From Lama guanicoe (lineage: Eukaryota): a stretch of 64,000 nucleotides of DNA. The stretch's first letter is position 1. Every line of letters begins with the position of its first letter. The notes under the pieces are model-generated. The model saw only the letters and a list, made by a program, of their open reading frames with translations. It searched no databases and had not been told where the DNA came from. Shown one piece after another: positions 1 through 12,712 of the stretch. The stretch covers positions 10,303,175-10,367,174 of the forward strand of contig MU056000.1 of the NCBI GenBank assembly GCA_013239625.1, in the 5' to 3' direction. The position numbers and the translations under genes are program-made.

Positions 1-3000
1 TTCAGAGCACAGGCAGCGCCCCTGGCCTGGGCCTGCCCCCTGCTGACCACTGGGAGGGAGCACGTGACCTGCAGCACAGAAGTCTGCAGGGATGCCTTCT
101 ACAGCGGTGGCCTGGACTGTCCTGTGATTCTGTCTTGGTAGAACCAAAAAACATATAAGATAAACTGACAGGAGCAGTTGGAATCCTGGGCTTATGTGAT
201 GCAGAGATGCCCAGAGTCCCCTGTAAAAGCCATTGGGGACATTGCTGTCAGCAGGGGCCTCTGTTCCTACTGAGATGCGCACCTGTTCGAGTCCAAGTTC
301 TTAAATTATTTGACAACATGTAGGGGTTTCAGTGTACTTGCCCTCGGTTCAGAACTGCCAGGTTTCTTGCTGTCTGATATGAGCTGTGCTTTCCTACACG
401 AGGCCTCGGTCGCCCCCACGAGATGTGGGCGCCTGCCCCATGCACAGTCCCCACAGCCCGCTCACTATCTGACCACATCATGTGGAAGCAGTTACTGACG
501 GAGGGGAGAGTCCAGTGTGGGGGATGCTCCAGATGGCCAGTCTAGAGTCCCAGGCTTTGGGCTCTTCTCACTCGTTTTTGCAGAATTCATGGTATTGAAG
601 GTTGTTTCCAGAACAGAAATAAGTTGGTTTAAAATTTTTGTTTTCCTACAATGATTTTATTTTCAGAATCCTCCTGATTTGAGTGATCAGCTCTTTCCCA
701 ACCTACTTTTTGAGGTCACTATGTCATAAGTCCTAGAACTTGGAATGCTTAGAGTAATAGGACTAGAGAATAGAAATAATGGCTCACTTGATTTTGTTCA
801 GAGCTCAGTGTATTAGCATTCAGCAAATATTTCCTGCCTGTAGTAATAATGAGGAAGAAGATAAATTGAGACGTTCAGGCATCTGGCATCTAATAGCATC
901 TCTCCCTGCGGACCCACCCACAGTCATTTAGTTAAGAAAATAAAATTGGAACTTGGAAGTATTTCATCAGAGTAATCCTCATTATTTTCTTTTAAAAAAA
1001 TAATAATTGAGGTGACTGAGTCATCTAAACAGTTACATGAGACTTCCACCTGAAGAAAAGTGAGGAAAAATTCTGGCTCATGACTGAGGGGGCTGGGGAC
1101 GGGCCACTCCATCCGGGCCGTTTCCCGGCCTCCCCGTGGGTGAGCCCGCAGTCCCAGTGGAGGCCCATCGAGCCCAGGCTCAGTCTCACTGGGTATCCCC
1201 TCATGGGTCTGGTCTGGGTTCACCCAAGAAATAAGTTGAGAAGTTTATTTTAAAAAGGAAGGTATTTGAATGAAATTCATGGAGAAAAATAAATGTAAAA
1301 AGTTCTGCCTTTGGAAGGTACATTGAGACTTTTCTGGAGGTGGATCCGAGAAGAAAGAATAACTTGGTTTCTCAGGTGGTTTGCGTGTAAATGGGTGGTG
1401 GTGGGTGTCCAGAAGTGCCCCGTGTCTGGGAAGGGGCTCCTGACTCTCCAGCTCCCCACCCTGGAGGGAGCCACCAGCGCCAGGCGTCTGCCACGTGGAG
1501 AGGCCGTGTGCTAGTTCCGGGGCACCCTGGTCCCCACCGTGCGGCTGCCTCCAGTCACAGGAGGTTCGCCACAGAAAGAAGACCCTGTCCCGGGGTCAGG
1601 GTGCATTAACTAGTTGACTTCGGATCAGTTACAGCAGGACAGGTTCTGTGCTCTCGGAGCGGAGGCTGCACAGCTGCTGTGGGAAAATATGGCACCATCC
1701 TGGGACTGTCGCTATGAGGACAGCAGATTTTGGCACCCAGTGAGAGAGAGAGAGTGAGTCACTAACAGAAGTGCAGGTTTGTAGAAAGTAATCATTCTAC
1801 TGGGGTATGAGAATTTTTAAAGAACCGCCTATAAAGTTTTTTGTCTGTGACGATTACTTACCAGTTTCTGTTTACCTCACCTAACACGTCATCTCTGAAC
1901 TTTGTCCCATGGCCCAGAAATGCCTCAGGAGCCCCTTCTGCACGTCACTCCTCCACCCATGCTTGTCACAGGTCGGCCGCTCTCAGCTTAACGTTCTCAT
2001 GACTCTCAACCGTCCTGGGGAGCTGCGCTCCAAAACTCAGTTTCCTTAGGTAGGCGTGGCATGTCGTTGGTACCCCTCATTGAGACCAGGGGTCCTTCCT
2101 GGGCTCAGAAGTACACAAAAGGGGTCACATGTCTTCCTAAGACTGTAGAACTGCCACAACAGGTTCTCTTCTTTTGATCCTGGGCTCTGCGTTTGGGAGG
2201 AGAATAAACGGGGTGTGAGGCAACACAGGGTAAGTCAGAGCAGGGCGTTCGAAGAGAGCACACCTGCGATGCCTTACACAGGAGGCGCCCCTGCTGCGCC
2301 CACACGTGTGCCTGCACGTGTGCTCTCTTCTTTTGGAAGGTTTTCTTGTAGCCAGCTCCTTTTCTGTACTTTTCTGGTAGAACATTTCAGGGTCAGTGAA
2401 TGATCTGGGAGAATACATTTAGGAAACGGTATCGTTTTCTGAGTCAGTTTGTAAAACACACTGTTTCTCTGAACCAGGCTTAACCAGAAAACCCCCGTAT
2501 CTCTAATGGCAGTAACTTTTCACACGTCTCAAGGTTCTTTCCACCCTACGTATTTCAAGTTTAAACAGCCTCTGATGATACAGGAGATCTGTCGAGGGAA
2601 ATGACTTAGCCATGTTCTGCTTATTTGACTTAATTTATGGTGTCTGTTATGAGTTAGTTGTTATCATGGAGTTTGGTTCCATTTCAGAACTGGGTGGGGA
2701 GATGTTTTTGAGGCCTCTTGGAAAATTCTTGAGAAAAACTTACTGCCCGGTGCTGTAGTAACTCTCAGATGAGGCTCAGAATGTTCTGGAAGAGTCTGTT
2801 GAGGAGGGGCTCCTAGAGAAACCCTCTTTAGCAGAGCTGGAGAAGGCTGGTCACAGAATACAAGCCACAGGCCCCCACAAACACATTTCCTTCCTTGAAA
2901 ACATTTGTTTTAAAATACGCCATCTCTTTGTTCCAAATATGTACGTTTAGCACTGATTCTTGCCCGTATTAACGGTACTTATGCTGATAAAGCAATCTTG

Positions 3001-4269
3001 TGAAAATACAATTTAGGTTCCAAAGAAATCAAATGCTTGCCAGATTCTTATCTCATTTGTCCTGAGCCTGTCTCCCTGAGGTAGGGAGGAGAAGCCTTCA
3101 GGACACTGAGGAGATGAGGGAGGCTGGAGGACCCTCCCAGGGCCACCCAGCAGCAGGGAGCTGAAGCCAGAAACACAATGTGGATTTAATTACCTGGGGA
3201 GGTCTAGACCCTGTTATTTCACACTAGAGCTGAATAGGAGCTGAATATTTCTAGCATATTAAAGAATCATTTTTCATATTTTTCCTTCCCTCTGCGTAAT
3301 TAGTCTGTGGTTTGCTTCATATAACAAAATTTTATATTATAAGGAAAATAATATGGGACTGAAATATAGGCTGCTATAGAACAAAGCATCTTAAGGGCAG
3401 GATGAAAAGGATCACCAAGGCAAGACGAGGCAGCCTGTGGGGAAGTGACCCAAGCTGGGGAGCAGGTGTGAGCCTGTGTTAGATCTAAAGTCATGCAGTT
3501 CTTGTTTTTATGAATGAGAAATTCAGTTGAGACCCATACTTGGCATGAACTGCCCTAAGCGTGTTATATGAATATATGAATCCACACACTTAAAAAAGTT
3601 AACGGTTTCACTCACCTTTCATGAAGTATATATAGCACTGTGCTGGGGATATGAAATTTTATGGAGTTGAAAAGGCAGTCAGCTTTCTCTGTGAACTGAC
3701 AGTCTGCACCATGGAACCTGGGATGGGCTTACGTAAATTGCCGCATTGAGGAAGTATATAAAGTAACTAATGCCAGGACGCTGTAAAGTGTGGCTGGATT
3801 CACGTTTTTGAGACAGGGAAGCTGCATTCAGACTGCTCAGGAAGAGCCCTGTGCTTGTGTTCAGCCCCGTTTCTGCATACCTGGCGCTGGGCAGTACCAG
3901 CTGGCCTGGCCAGGACTGAGGGTGAGGCTGGCCACGTGCTTGGGACCCCACTCTCCCCTCCTCCCGAAGGTGCCAGAAGCAGGAGGGAGCTCGGCTCAGA
4001 GGGACCACTCAGCTGGCTGGCCGGGCGGAGCTCTCCAAGCCTCCCAGGGCCTCGGAGTTTGCCCTTGGGGACATGAAATCGAGTCAGAAGCCTTTCTGAG
4101 TGAGGACAGCACATGATTCTCATCCCCTCAGACAGAGCACTCGGGACAGCGGTTAGAGTCCTGACCGCCCATAGTGCAGCAGGTAGTTATGCAGATTTCA
4201 CTGTCCAACAGCAGGTGGTTAAGAACAGGGAGGCACTCCCCAGCCAGGCCTGTGAGTGCTGCTTCTGTG

Positions 4270-4560
4270 CACACATCCCTGTGCCTCGGTTTCCTCATCT
4301 GTAAATGGGGATGGTACTGCTCCTCCCTGCTAGGGCTGTGGGCACTAAAAGTGTGTGTTTGTGGGGGAGGTACAGCTCAGTGGTAGAGTGCGTGCTTAGC
4401 GTGCACAAAGTCCTAGGTTCAATCCCCAGTACCTCCATTGAAAAATAAATAATCACCCCCCAAAAAACCCACAAAAACAGAAAAACAAAAAAAGTGGCAT
4501 CTAGAAAAAAATGTGCATTTAGAACAGTGCCTTGCGTGTACTGGGCACTGGATAGATACT
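4270..4560 (+). mobile_element. MIR SINE fragment split by the Vic-1-like SINE
   Basis: MIR core ctgtgcctcggtttcctcatctgtaaatggggatg on the left; gcatttagaacagtgccttgc on the right. Confidence 0.7.
4363..4496 (+). mobile_element. tRNA(Ala)-derived SINE, camelid Vic-1-like
   Basis: GGGGGAGGTACAGCTCAGTGGTAGAG (A box), GGTTCAATCCC (B box), A-rich tail; AAAAGTG present on both sides (possible partial TSD). Confidence 0.85.
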
Positions 4561-7500
4561 AGCTTCATTTTAAAATTACTTCCTTCTCTGTCACTGCTGG
4601 GCGATTGATGTTCGTTACTTGCCGTCACAAGTCACTGTCTGCATCGGCTTCTTCCTGAGCACGCTTGGCTGCAGCGGGTTCAGCGGCGGTTGTGTGTGTC
4701 AGGCTCTGGGGGCGGGGCTCAGGGCAGAATGATGCTCTGAGTTAGTGCCTGGACTCGCACGGCTTGGTGGCCCCGCAGCAAACCACTGACCACTGCTGAA
4801 TGGGCAGCCACTGAAGAAGGGGGAGGCTCCTGCTTGAAGCCTGCTTTACTCCTGCCATCTTTACTCCTACCACCCTGGTTGCGCTGTGGCCACGTGCGTG
4901 TGGATGACTGAGCTCTTCACAAGATTGGGTCATTGACTCACTGATACGAGAACATCGTCCCCGTGCAGCCCGCACAGGAGCTGCCGCCCAGCTACAAGCG
5001 GGGACAGCCCTCCCCGCCTGCAGCCTGGTGAGGGTGACACCTGCCACTGGTTCCCTGTCTTTCTAAGTGACTGCGGCTTTTTGTTACTTTTAACAAGTGT
5101 TCTGGGAGATCCTGTGAAGCCACAGAATGAATGCAGGCTTTTCTCACTCTAGTTACTCAGCCAGAGAAACAAAATCCCCCGCACTAGAGTAGAGAACCTC
5201 AGTTCTAAGAAAAGGCAGATTTCTCAAAAATACAGAGTTTAGGTAGAAAAGTAACAGAAGTGTTTCTTAAAATAGTGGCACATCGAGAAGTGCTTTTCAG
5301 TATAAATCTTACAAAACTGACCAAAGTTACTATTGATGACGATAAGAGTTTTGATTCAGACTCAAGGCAGGTGGTTTATTGGAGCTGTTTTTCCTTCAGG
5401 TGAGGGGCCCAGGCGGCTGGCTGCCTGTCACACCTTGGTCTTTAGAAGACAAAAAGAGGCATTTCAAATGAACTTTTCCTGAGAAAAGACTGTCTTGCCC
5501 ACTCAGGAAATGCAGCAGACAGACTCCTTTGGGTTGCATTGTCCTCAGAGGTGCCGTGCTTTCCAGGACCTGTGATTACAGGTAGTTCAGGGGGTCAGGT
5601 GTCTGCTTCCCGACTCCCCTTCCCTTTCCTGCCTGTCAGCCAGCGAAGTGTGTCATCCACACACGGCTCACCCCCCGGCGCTGGGTCGCCAGGTCTGACA
5701 CCTCGTTCTGATGTGTTCAGAGTGAGGAGATTGCCGCGTCAGTCCGGGTCAGCTTCTGGAAGCCCGGAGGCCCGATACCCGGCTACTGTCCTCTGTTGGA
5801 TTTGCCTGACACTGAAAGCTTGCCTTTTTAATTACATCTTTTAAATTTAGCGTCTTGACATCTAACTTTCCATTGCACCTCGTATGTAGCACAGGCAAGA
5901 AGGCTTCCAAGAGTTATTTCCATGTCAAAATCAGGATGTGACCACATTAGAGAAGAGTGAGGATTGACCTCCCTGAACACTGTGCTCAGTCTTTCTTTCC
6001 TGGATAAAATGTTGGATATGGTGACCTGCTGCTTTTGAAAGAGCTTTTTCTCACGTTGTCGCAGACTTCTTTTTATTTATTTATTTTCCTATTTTCTTTT
6101 TTCTTTTTCTTGAGAGAGGGTGGTAAGAAACAGAATTGTTGCCATCTGAAGCGTTTTCGGTTCTCGCGGATTCCTTTCCCACCCCCGACGTGTGACAGCC
6201 TCCCCACTGGTCCTCTCGGAAACCGCGCAGCAGGTTCTGGTGACGACTTCTCCCGTGAACTTGGCCTCGGAGTTGGGGTGAGCAGGGGGCCTGGTGGTCA
6301 CGGCCTTAGGTGTTAGGTCGGTTGCTGAGAGGCGCAAGCCCCCGGCCTCCGCAAAGCTGCCCCGGGAGAAGCCTGGGCGGGTGAGCAGCCGGGGTAACGC
6401 GTGTCGCCGGGGATCTGTTCCAGCTGCCAGTGGTCGCCTTGCTCTCGTAACCACGGCCGCCAGCAGAGCTGTACTTTCTAATCCCCTTTAACCGAGGAAC
6501 CACTCTGTGGTCTGCTCTGTGTGAAGCCTCCAGAAAACCGCAAGCCCCCCTTGTGAGGTCTCTGAGCGCCCGCGCTGTCCTGGGCTGTAGAAGGTTCTTC
6601 AGGGGGAGGTGGCTTTTGTTCGACCACATCCCCGTCTCCTTGGAAGTGCTCTCAGAGAATTGACCAGACACCCACCTGCAATCGATCTTAGGTTCTCAAA
6701 GCAGAATCCTGTGCAGGGAGGAAGACATCCTCCACCGAGCCAGTCGTAAAGAGCCCCTGTTCCTCTGGCAGAACCTGCCCCAGGGCTCCTCTAGGGGCCG
6801 GTCCTTCAAACCAGGTGTCTGCTCTTGTCTCTCAAGAACTATCTGTTCTTGTAATGTAGACGTGCCTCATCACAGGGCACCAGGGAGGAGACGCCAGAGC
6901 AACAGGGAGACGTCCCCGGCCGTGGTCTGCTTCGCTTACTGCCCTTAACTGGGCTCAGGCAGATCAAATCAATATAACATGGTTTCTCCAGAAAAAAGTG
7001 AAATTCTGTTCTTTGGACATTGTTGAAGGTTCACATGCCTTTGATCAGAGATGAGTATTTCATTCTTTTAGATGAAACACAGCAACTTACTCATTTTCAG
7101 CCATTCTGGAGAGAGTTCAGGCAAAGGGACTCTGGTTTGATTCTGCTGTCTGTGCGTCTGGGTCATTGGAGTTCCCTGCAGCCCTTTCAGGGGGAGATGG
7201 GTGGTCATGGAGGAGGCATTTCATTGTGGAATCCATGGTCCACGCTCCAGTTAAGGCCATTTTACTGTCATGCTGTTTAGTCCCCACCTTTAATTTTTTA
7301 AGATGACAAGAGAGTTGGGGAAAAAAAAGAACTATCTTTGATGAGACTGTCACACGAGTTAATGTGAGTCATGGAAATTGAGATTTTTCATGAATTGCAG
7401 TCCTGAACTGAATGTGTGTGGTAAGGAGCCCACAACAGAAGACCAGAAAACACATAGGCATGAAAAAGACGCTGAAAATTGTCACAAAGTGTGGTTGGAA

Positions 7501-10500
7501 AGAAAAAGTAAAATTTTAAACCAGATAAATGGAATAGTAACTCTTTCAACCTAGTAATGAAATTGTACCACTGGGGGTAGAAATGTCACTGACAGCAAGT
7601 AAGACATGTTTAATGCTGTATGTTATCTGAACTCTTTCTGATTAGGAGTTTAATTCTCAAAAGACTTTAATGACTTACGTTGCTTCCTCAAAATAGTTCA
7701 TCTTTTATACAGAAAAAAAGTTTTTGTTGTTGTTTTTAATTAACAAACCTGGTTTTAAAGACAAGCTTTGGAACGTATTTAAAATATTCAAATGTGAACG
7801 GTGAGACAGAAATCCACAAATTGCCTCTTCTCTGGACTAGAAAACGTCCACTTAATCCTCCCTGCACGGATTTGTGTGGAGATTCTTATGGGAAAAGTCA
7901 GTTGATTTTCAGGAGTAAAGCCAAGAAGATAGGATTTTTTTAAAAATAGTAATTCTAGCACTGTGAGGAAACAGATTCTTCTGGTACTAGAGTCTGTTAC
8001 TAAGTTCCCTAAAGCTTTTGAAAAAGAATTTTGACTCAGTCTGCAATTCTTTGTCAGAACAGGCTTGATTTTTCTTTCTCAGGCTCTGTCAAGTGCACAG
8101 ATGTTTCCAATAGTTTTGATGACTGTGAGGGGCTAAAACTCAGTGCCAGGAGGGAAGTCTAGCTTCATTCCTCTCAGCAGCCCCCTTCTCCTTCCCACCC
8201 TTCCCCCACCCACAGGACACACCACGTGGCTTTGGGCGGCCTGAAAAATTCACAGATCTCTAGAGGCAGCAGCCGGCACAGGCTGGCGATGAGGTGGTGT
8301 GTCTTGAAGTTGAACTTCCCGGGGCCGGGGTGGGGACACGCTGGGGCCACATGCACAAGCAGGGCCAGTGGACGACTGGCCGTCCTGGGAAAGCTCTGGC
8401 TGGGGGCAGAGTCCATGGGGAGTGTGGGCCTGCGGGGCCTCAGCAGGCTGGACTCCTCACTGGGGCTTGTTCACAGGCCACACTCTCCCTGGGATGGGAA
8501 ACATTCCTCCTTTTCGTTACAGGGATTAACCACTTCCACCACATAGGGTTTTATGAGGAAAGTTCTTCCCTAGACTGGGCCTCTGCCTTTAACCTTTTAA
8601 CGTTAGCATCTTCTCTTCACTTGTTCACAGAGGAATATGTGAGATTCAGCTTGGTTTTTTTCTACAGAGAAATTTGTAACCTCTAGAAGGGGATTAATCA
8701 TTTGTGGAAAATGTCCTTTGTGGCCTAGCAGACACAATTCCTTTTGTCAATATTTGTGCTTCATTATGGAAAAGTTTTGTTTTGCTTTCTGTGGTTGTCT
8801 GGTGGACATGTGTTTCTTATTCTAAATATCTGAACTTTCTCTGGAAAGACAGGCTGTTAGAACCAGAGGGCAGTGGAGAGCAGGGAGCATAACGGGGCGC
8901 CGACAGCCTCAGCACAGGCGAATGGCCGAGGACGCCGCAGGGCCACAAGCCCATGCAGGGGGCACGGCTCCCAGGGCCTGGCCAGGGGTGGGGCCCAGCG
9001 GCCTCTTTGGACTGAGGATGTTTCCCACCCAGCAGGAGGCCTGGCCTGGCTGCCCCTTCCTCCCGCAGCCCAGTGTCCATCTTCTGCTCTTGTGTGGTCT
9101 CTGTGCTGATGCCCAAAGGCCAACAGAAAGCTGGGCGCGTCACATACTGAACACAGGCAGGGACAGCTCCCGGAGTCCCAGAGGAAAAGCCCATGTTTCA
9201 TCTTCATTTTCAAACAGTGCCTTCATTTTTAGAGCAAACGTGTTTTTACCTTTTTCACTTCAGCACATGTTTGACCACTTGCTGGACACAAAGCATCACA
9301 TGAGGCAGCGTTAGGAAAGGCTCTGTTCTCCGACAGCTTCCTCATCCAAGCCATGCGCCGGCCCTTGTCGGTGCTGGGGGCTCAGCAGTGACTGAGACCC
9401 TCACAGAAGAATGACACACACTTGCTTTCTGATGCCGAGTGCAGACACATGTAAAACACAAGACGCGGCTCATGTCACAATTGAGACATGATTTAACCAA
9501 GTGCTAAGGGTGGTGGATACAGGAGTGGCTTCTCAGAGGGGTTTGACGGGGGCTTATACTAGACAAACTGGGGAGGTGGGGGCTCTGAGCAGAAAGGTGG
9601 CGTGGACACAAGGCATGCAGGACCCGCCTCAGAGGAGGACACGGCCACTTCAGGCCGTGAGGCACCTGAGAAGAAGCTGAACGTGGCTGGGAAGGTGGAC
9701 TGGGCCCCGGTCGTGGGCAGTTTGAATCCTGGGCTAAGGAATTTATTTGTGTCTAAGGCTCCAGAATAGGAGGAGGCATGTTTGCGCTGGAGGAGCCACA
9801 TTTTGGAAAGGTCTCTGGCAGCGGTGCTTAGGGGGTTTTGGGGGAGGGCCTGGGTCAGGCGGGCCACTCCGGAGATCACTGCAAAAATCCAAATGATATG
9901 GCCACTGTGGGTGTGCAGAGCAAGGACGGAATCAGAAAGATGCCCTAACTTCCATCTGGCAGTATTTGGAGGGTGAAAAATGGGGAGATTGTGACACCAT
10001 CACCTGAAAGGCAACACCGGAAGAGAAACAGATGTGTGTGTGGTGGCGGAAGGGGGAGCAACAGGGGCGGATAATGAGCCGTGTCCTAGACTCACTGCTT
10101 TGAAGGGGCAGGGAAACAGCAAGCTGGGATGCCTGCCTGGAAGTCCCCAGCATGGAGGGCACGGCTTTGGAGCCCACGTCAGGGATCGTGGACAGATAGG
10201 AGAGACTGAGCCTGGGGCTGCCCGTGTTGAAGGGCCAGAGGGGACGGCCCACAGGCAGGGAGCTGGTCAAGGGATTCTTACGTAAGAGGGATAGTAAGGA
10301 GCATATACATGAGCTGTCCCCAAGGAGTCTCAGGGAAGACGCACAGGGCACAGGTCGTGGATGGCAGACGGTCACGAGGAGGCCACGCGCTTGCTTACAA
10401 GCAGATCATGGAGGTGATGTTCTTTTTGGATGTGCTTCAAAGGGCCTGCGCCTTAGAAGGGTTCTGATGGAAACGGGAGTGAGCTTAGAGGAGAGAACAG

Positions 10501-10840
10501 GCGAGGGAAGAAGGGAAGGGACTCTCAGGCTGGAAGGCACGTGGCACGTGGCGGGGCCGGGGTCAGTGGCTGAGAGCCAGACTGGCACACTAAGGAGCAT
10601 CCTGGGGGTGGGGAGGGTTTTGGAGACAGAAGGGCGTGCTCTGCCCGAGTTTCGGGGTCCTGGCCCCCTGTGGCCGCTCCCTCCTGACCCAGGCCGCACT
10701 GAGGAGCCCACGTGCCTGTGGCTCACACTGCCCATTACCAACAGAACCCTGTTTCATTCTATCACCATATTTCACAATAATCTCCCAAAGGGCCTTGAAG
10801 TAGAGCTTTTACTCGTTTACAGTAAGTTTAGAAATGAATA

Positions 10841-11177
10841 CCGTTGACCTTTGAACAACACAGGTTTGAACTGTGCGAGTCCACTTACATGTGCATTTAT
10901 TTCAGTAAATACGTACATATACTGTCGATGTAGTTTCTCTTCCTTATGATCTTAATAACGTTTTCTGTTCTGTAGCTTACTGTATTGTAAGAATATAGGA
11001 CATAATACAGATGACATACAAAATATGTGTCAATCAACTGTTCATGCTATTGGTGAGACCTCTGGTCAACACTGAGCTACTAGTGGTCAAGTTTGGGGGA
11101 AGTCAGAAGTTGCACACAGGTTTCTGACCGTGCAGGAGGTCAGCGCCCCAACCCCTGTGGTGTTCAAGGGTCACCTG
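10841..11177 (+). mobile_element. Tigger2-family non-autonomous DNA transposon (Tigger2a/MER28-like)
   Basis: TIRs ccgttgacctttgaacaac ... gtgttcaagggtcacctg; TA before the 5' end. Confidence 0.8.
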
Positions 11178-11497
11178 TGTATAGCACTTTGTGAGAAGGG
11201 AGATAACTATGTCTGAGGCACAAAAAGATTTGGCCACTTACATGAAAAGACATCAGATTCTGATAGTGTAAAACTCAGAAAATCATAATTATACGTTAGA
11301 ACGTGAAAAAGTAAGTAACTATTCGTGTGATTCCAAAGGGACATGAATTACGGGACTGAGACCGGAGAGATTCGCCCAGCTGGTGCGCAAGGCTTTGACC
11401 CATGTGGAGTGGAAACAGAGTTCCTGGTGCAGTCCGCGGCCTCCCCTGCTGAAGGCCAGTGGCTGGGCTCGCTGACCTGTGCCCTCTCCCTCCGCAG

Positions 11498-11741
11498 CTC
11501 TCCGGCGGCTGCGAGCTGACGGTGGTCATCCACGACTTCACGGCCTGCAACAGCACCGAGCTGACCATCCGCCGCGGGCAGACCGTGGAGGTTTTGGAGC
11601 GGCCCCACGACAAGCCCGACTGGTGTCTGGTGCGGACCACCGACCGGTCCCCCGCCGCCGAAGGCCTGGTCCCCTGCGGCTCCCTGTGCATCGCCCACTC
11701 TAGAAGCAGCATGGAGATGGAAGGCATCTTCAACCACAAAG
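11498..11741 (+). CDS. TRIO: TRIO coding exon, first SH3 domain (LSGGCELTVVIHDFTACNSTELTIRRGQTVEVLERPHDKPDWCLVRTT...EGIFNHK)
   Basis: Acceptor ccctctccctccgcag| and donor AAAG|gtaggg; 244 nt (phase 0 in, phase 1 out); translation matches the recalled TRIO SH3-1 sequence. Confidence 0.97.
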
Positions 11742-12409
11742 GTAGGGGCTCGCGGGCCGAGGGTGGAAATGACGTTCCCCCTGGAAACGACGCTGCTGCT
11801 TCTGTCCCCGCTTCTTTGCAGCCTTGCAGTAGGTGTGATCCATCTTTATCGCTTGGGCCCTAATCTTGTCACTGTGTCTGGGCCGTTGTCGTCCATCAGG
11901 GACTGAAGCGGAAATGAGGGCCTCACCTGTGGCTCAGAAATAATGAACCATCGCCCCGTTTCCCAGCTGTGTAGTGAGGTATCAGGTTAGAAAAGGAGGA
12001 GGGGGCTGTTCTTGGGGGCAGTGTCAGGTTTTCACATTGTGGGTTCTTCATTCTGCTAGTGTCAAGTCCTGGACTGTCAAGCACATGGCCCCTGAGAGTT
12101 TAACCATGTCATCTTTATAGCTTTGTAACGTATCCCAGCACATCCAAGGCTCCCCAAGTTCCCTGCCTGGAGAGGGAACGCAGCTGGGCCCCCCAGAGAG
12201 AGGCTGACCGAGTCAGGCAGGGCTCGGTGTCAGGGGTCTGTGGCTGTGACAAGAGAGGTGGCTTTTGAAAGAAGCAACAGAGCGTTTGAGTAAAATGGCC
12301 TCGGGGGACTCCTTTAGAGAAAGGTAACTGTAGCAAGTTTACTTTTCCACGTTGTCTGGATGGGGCGGTAATGGGCTCCTAGTGAGGTAGGAGAGTCTGG
12401 TTACCCCGA

Positions 12410-12712
12410 ACGTCCGGCATGGTAGCTGCTGGACTAACATGGCTGCTGAGCACTTAAAACAGGGCCGGTCTGAATGGAGATGTTCTGCAGGTGCAAAATA
12501 AACGCTGGATTGCAAGACCTAGTATGACCCAAAAAATGTGTGATTATTTTAGAGTCATTTCATGCTGAAATGATAATGTGTTTTATAGGGTGGGTTAAGT
12601 AAAATGTATTGTTTGAATCAATTTCACTTCTTTTAACTACTTACATTGTGGCTACAAGAAAATTTAAAATTATATGTGCAGCTTACACTATGTATCTACT
12701 GAACATCACTGG
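12410..12712 (-). mobile_element. MER33-like hAT/Charlie DNA transposon
   Basis: Resembles the reverse complement of the MER33 consensus (tgtggctacaagaaaatttaaaattatatgtg; ctgagcacttaaaa). Confidence 0.7.

Noticed and set aside
4363..4436. Functional tRNA-Ala gene
   Set aside because: A-rich tail, no T-run terminator and insertion into a MIR indicate a SINE
10224..10847. 207-aa ORF
   Set aside because: Non-ATG start, no recognisable domain, purine-rich sequence that looks like decayed L2; likely a chance ORF
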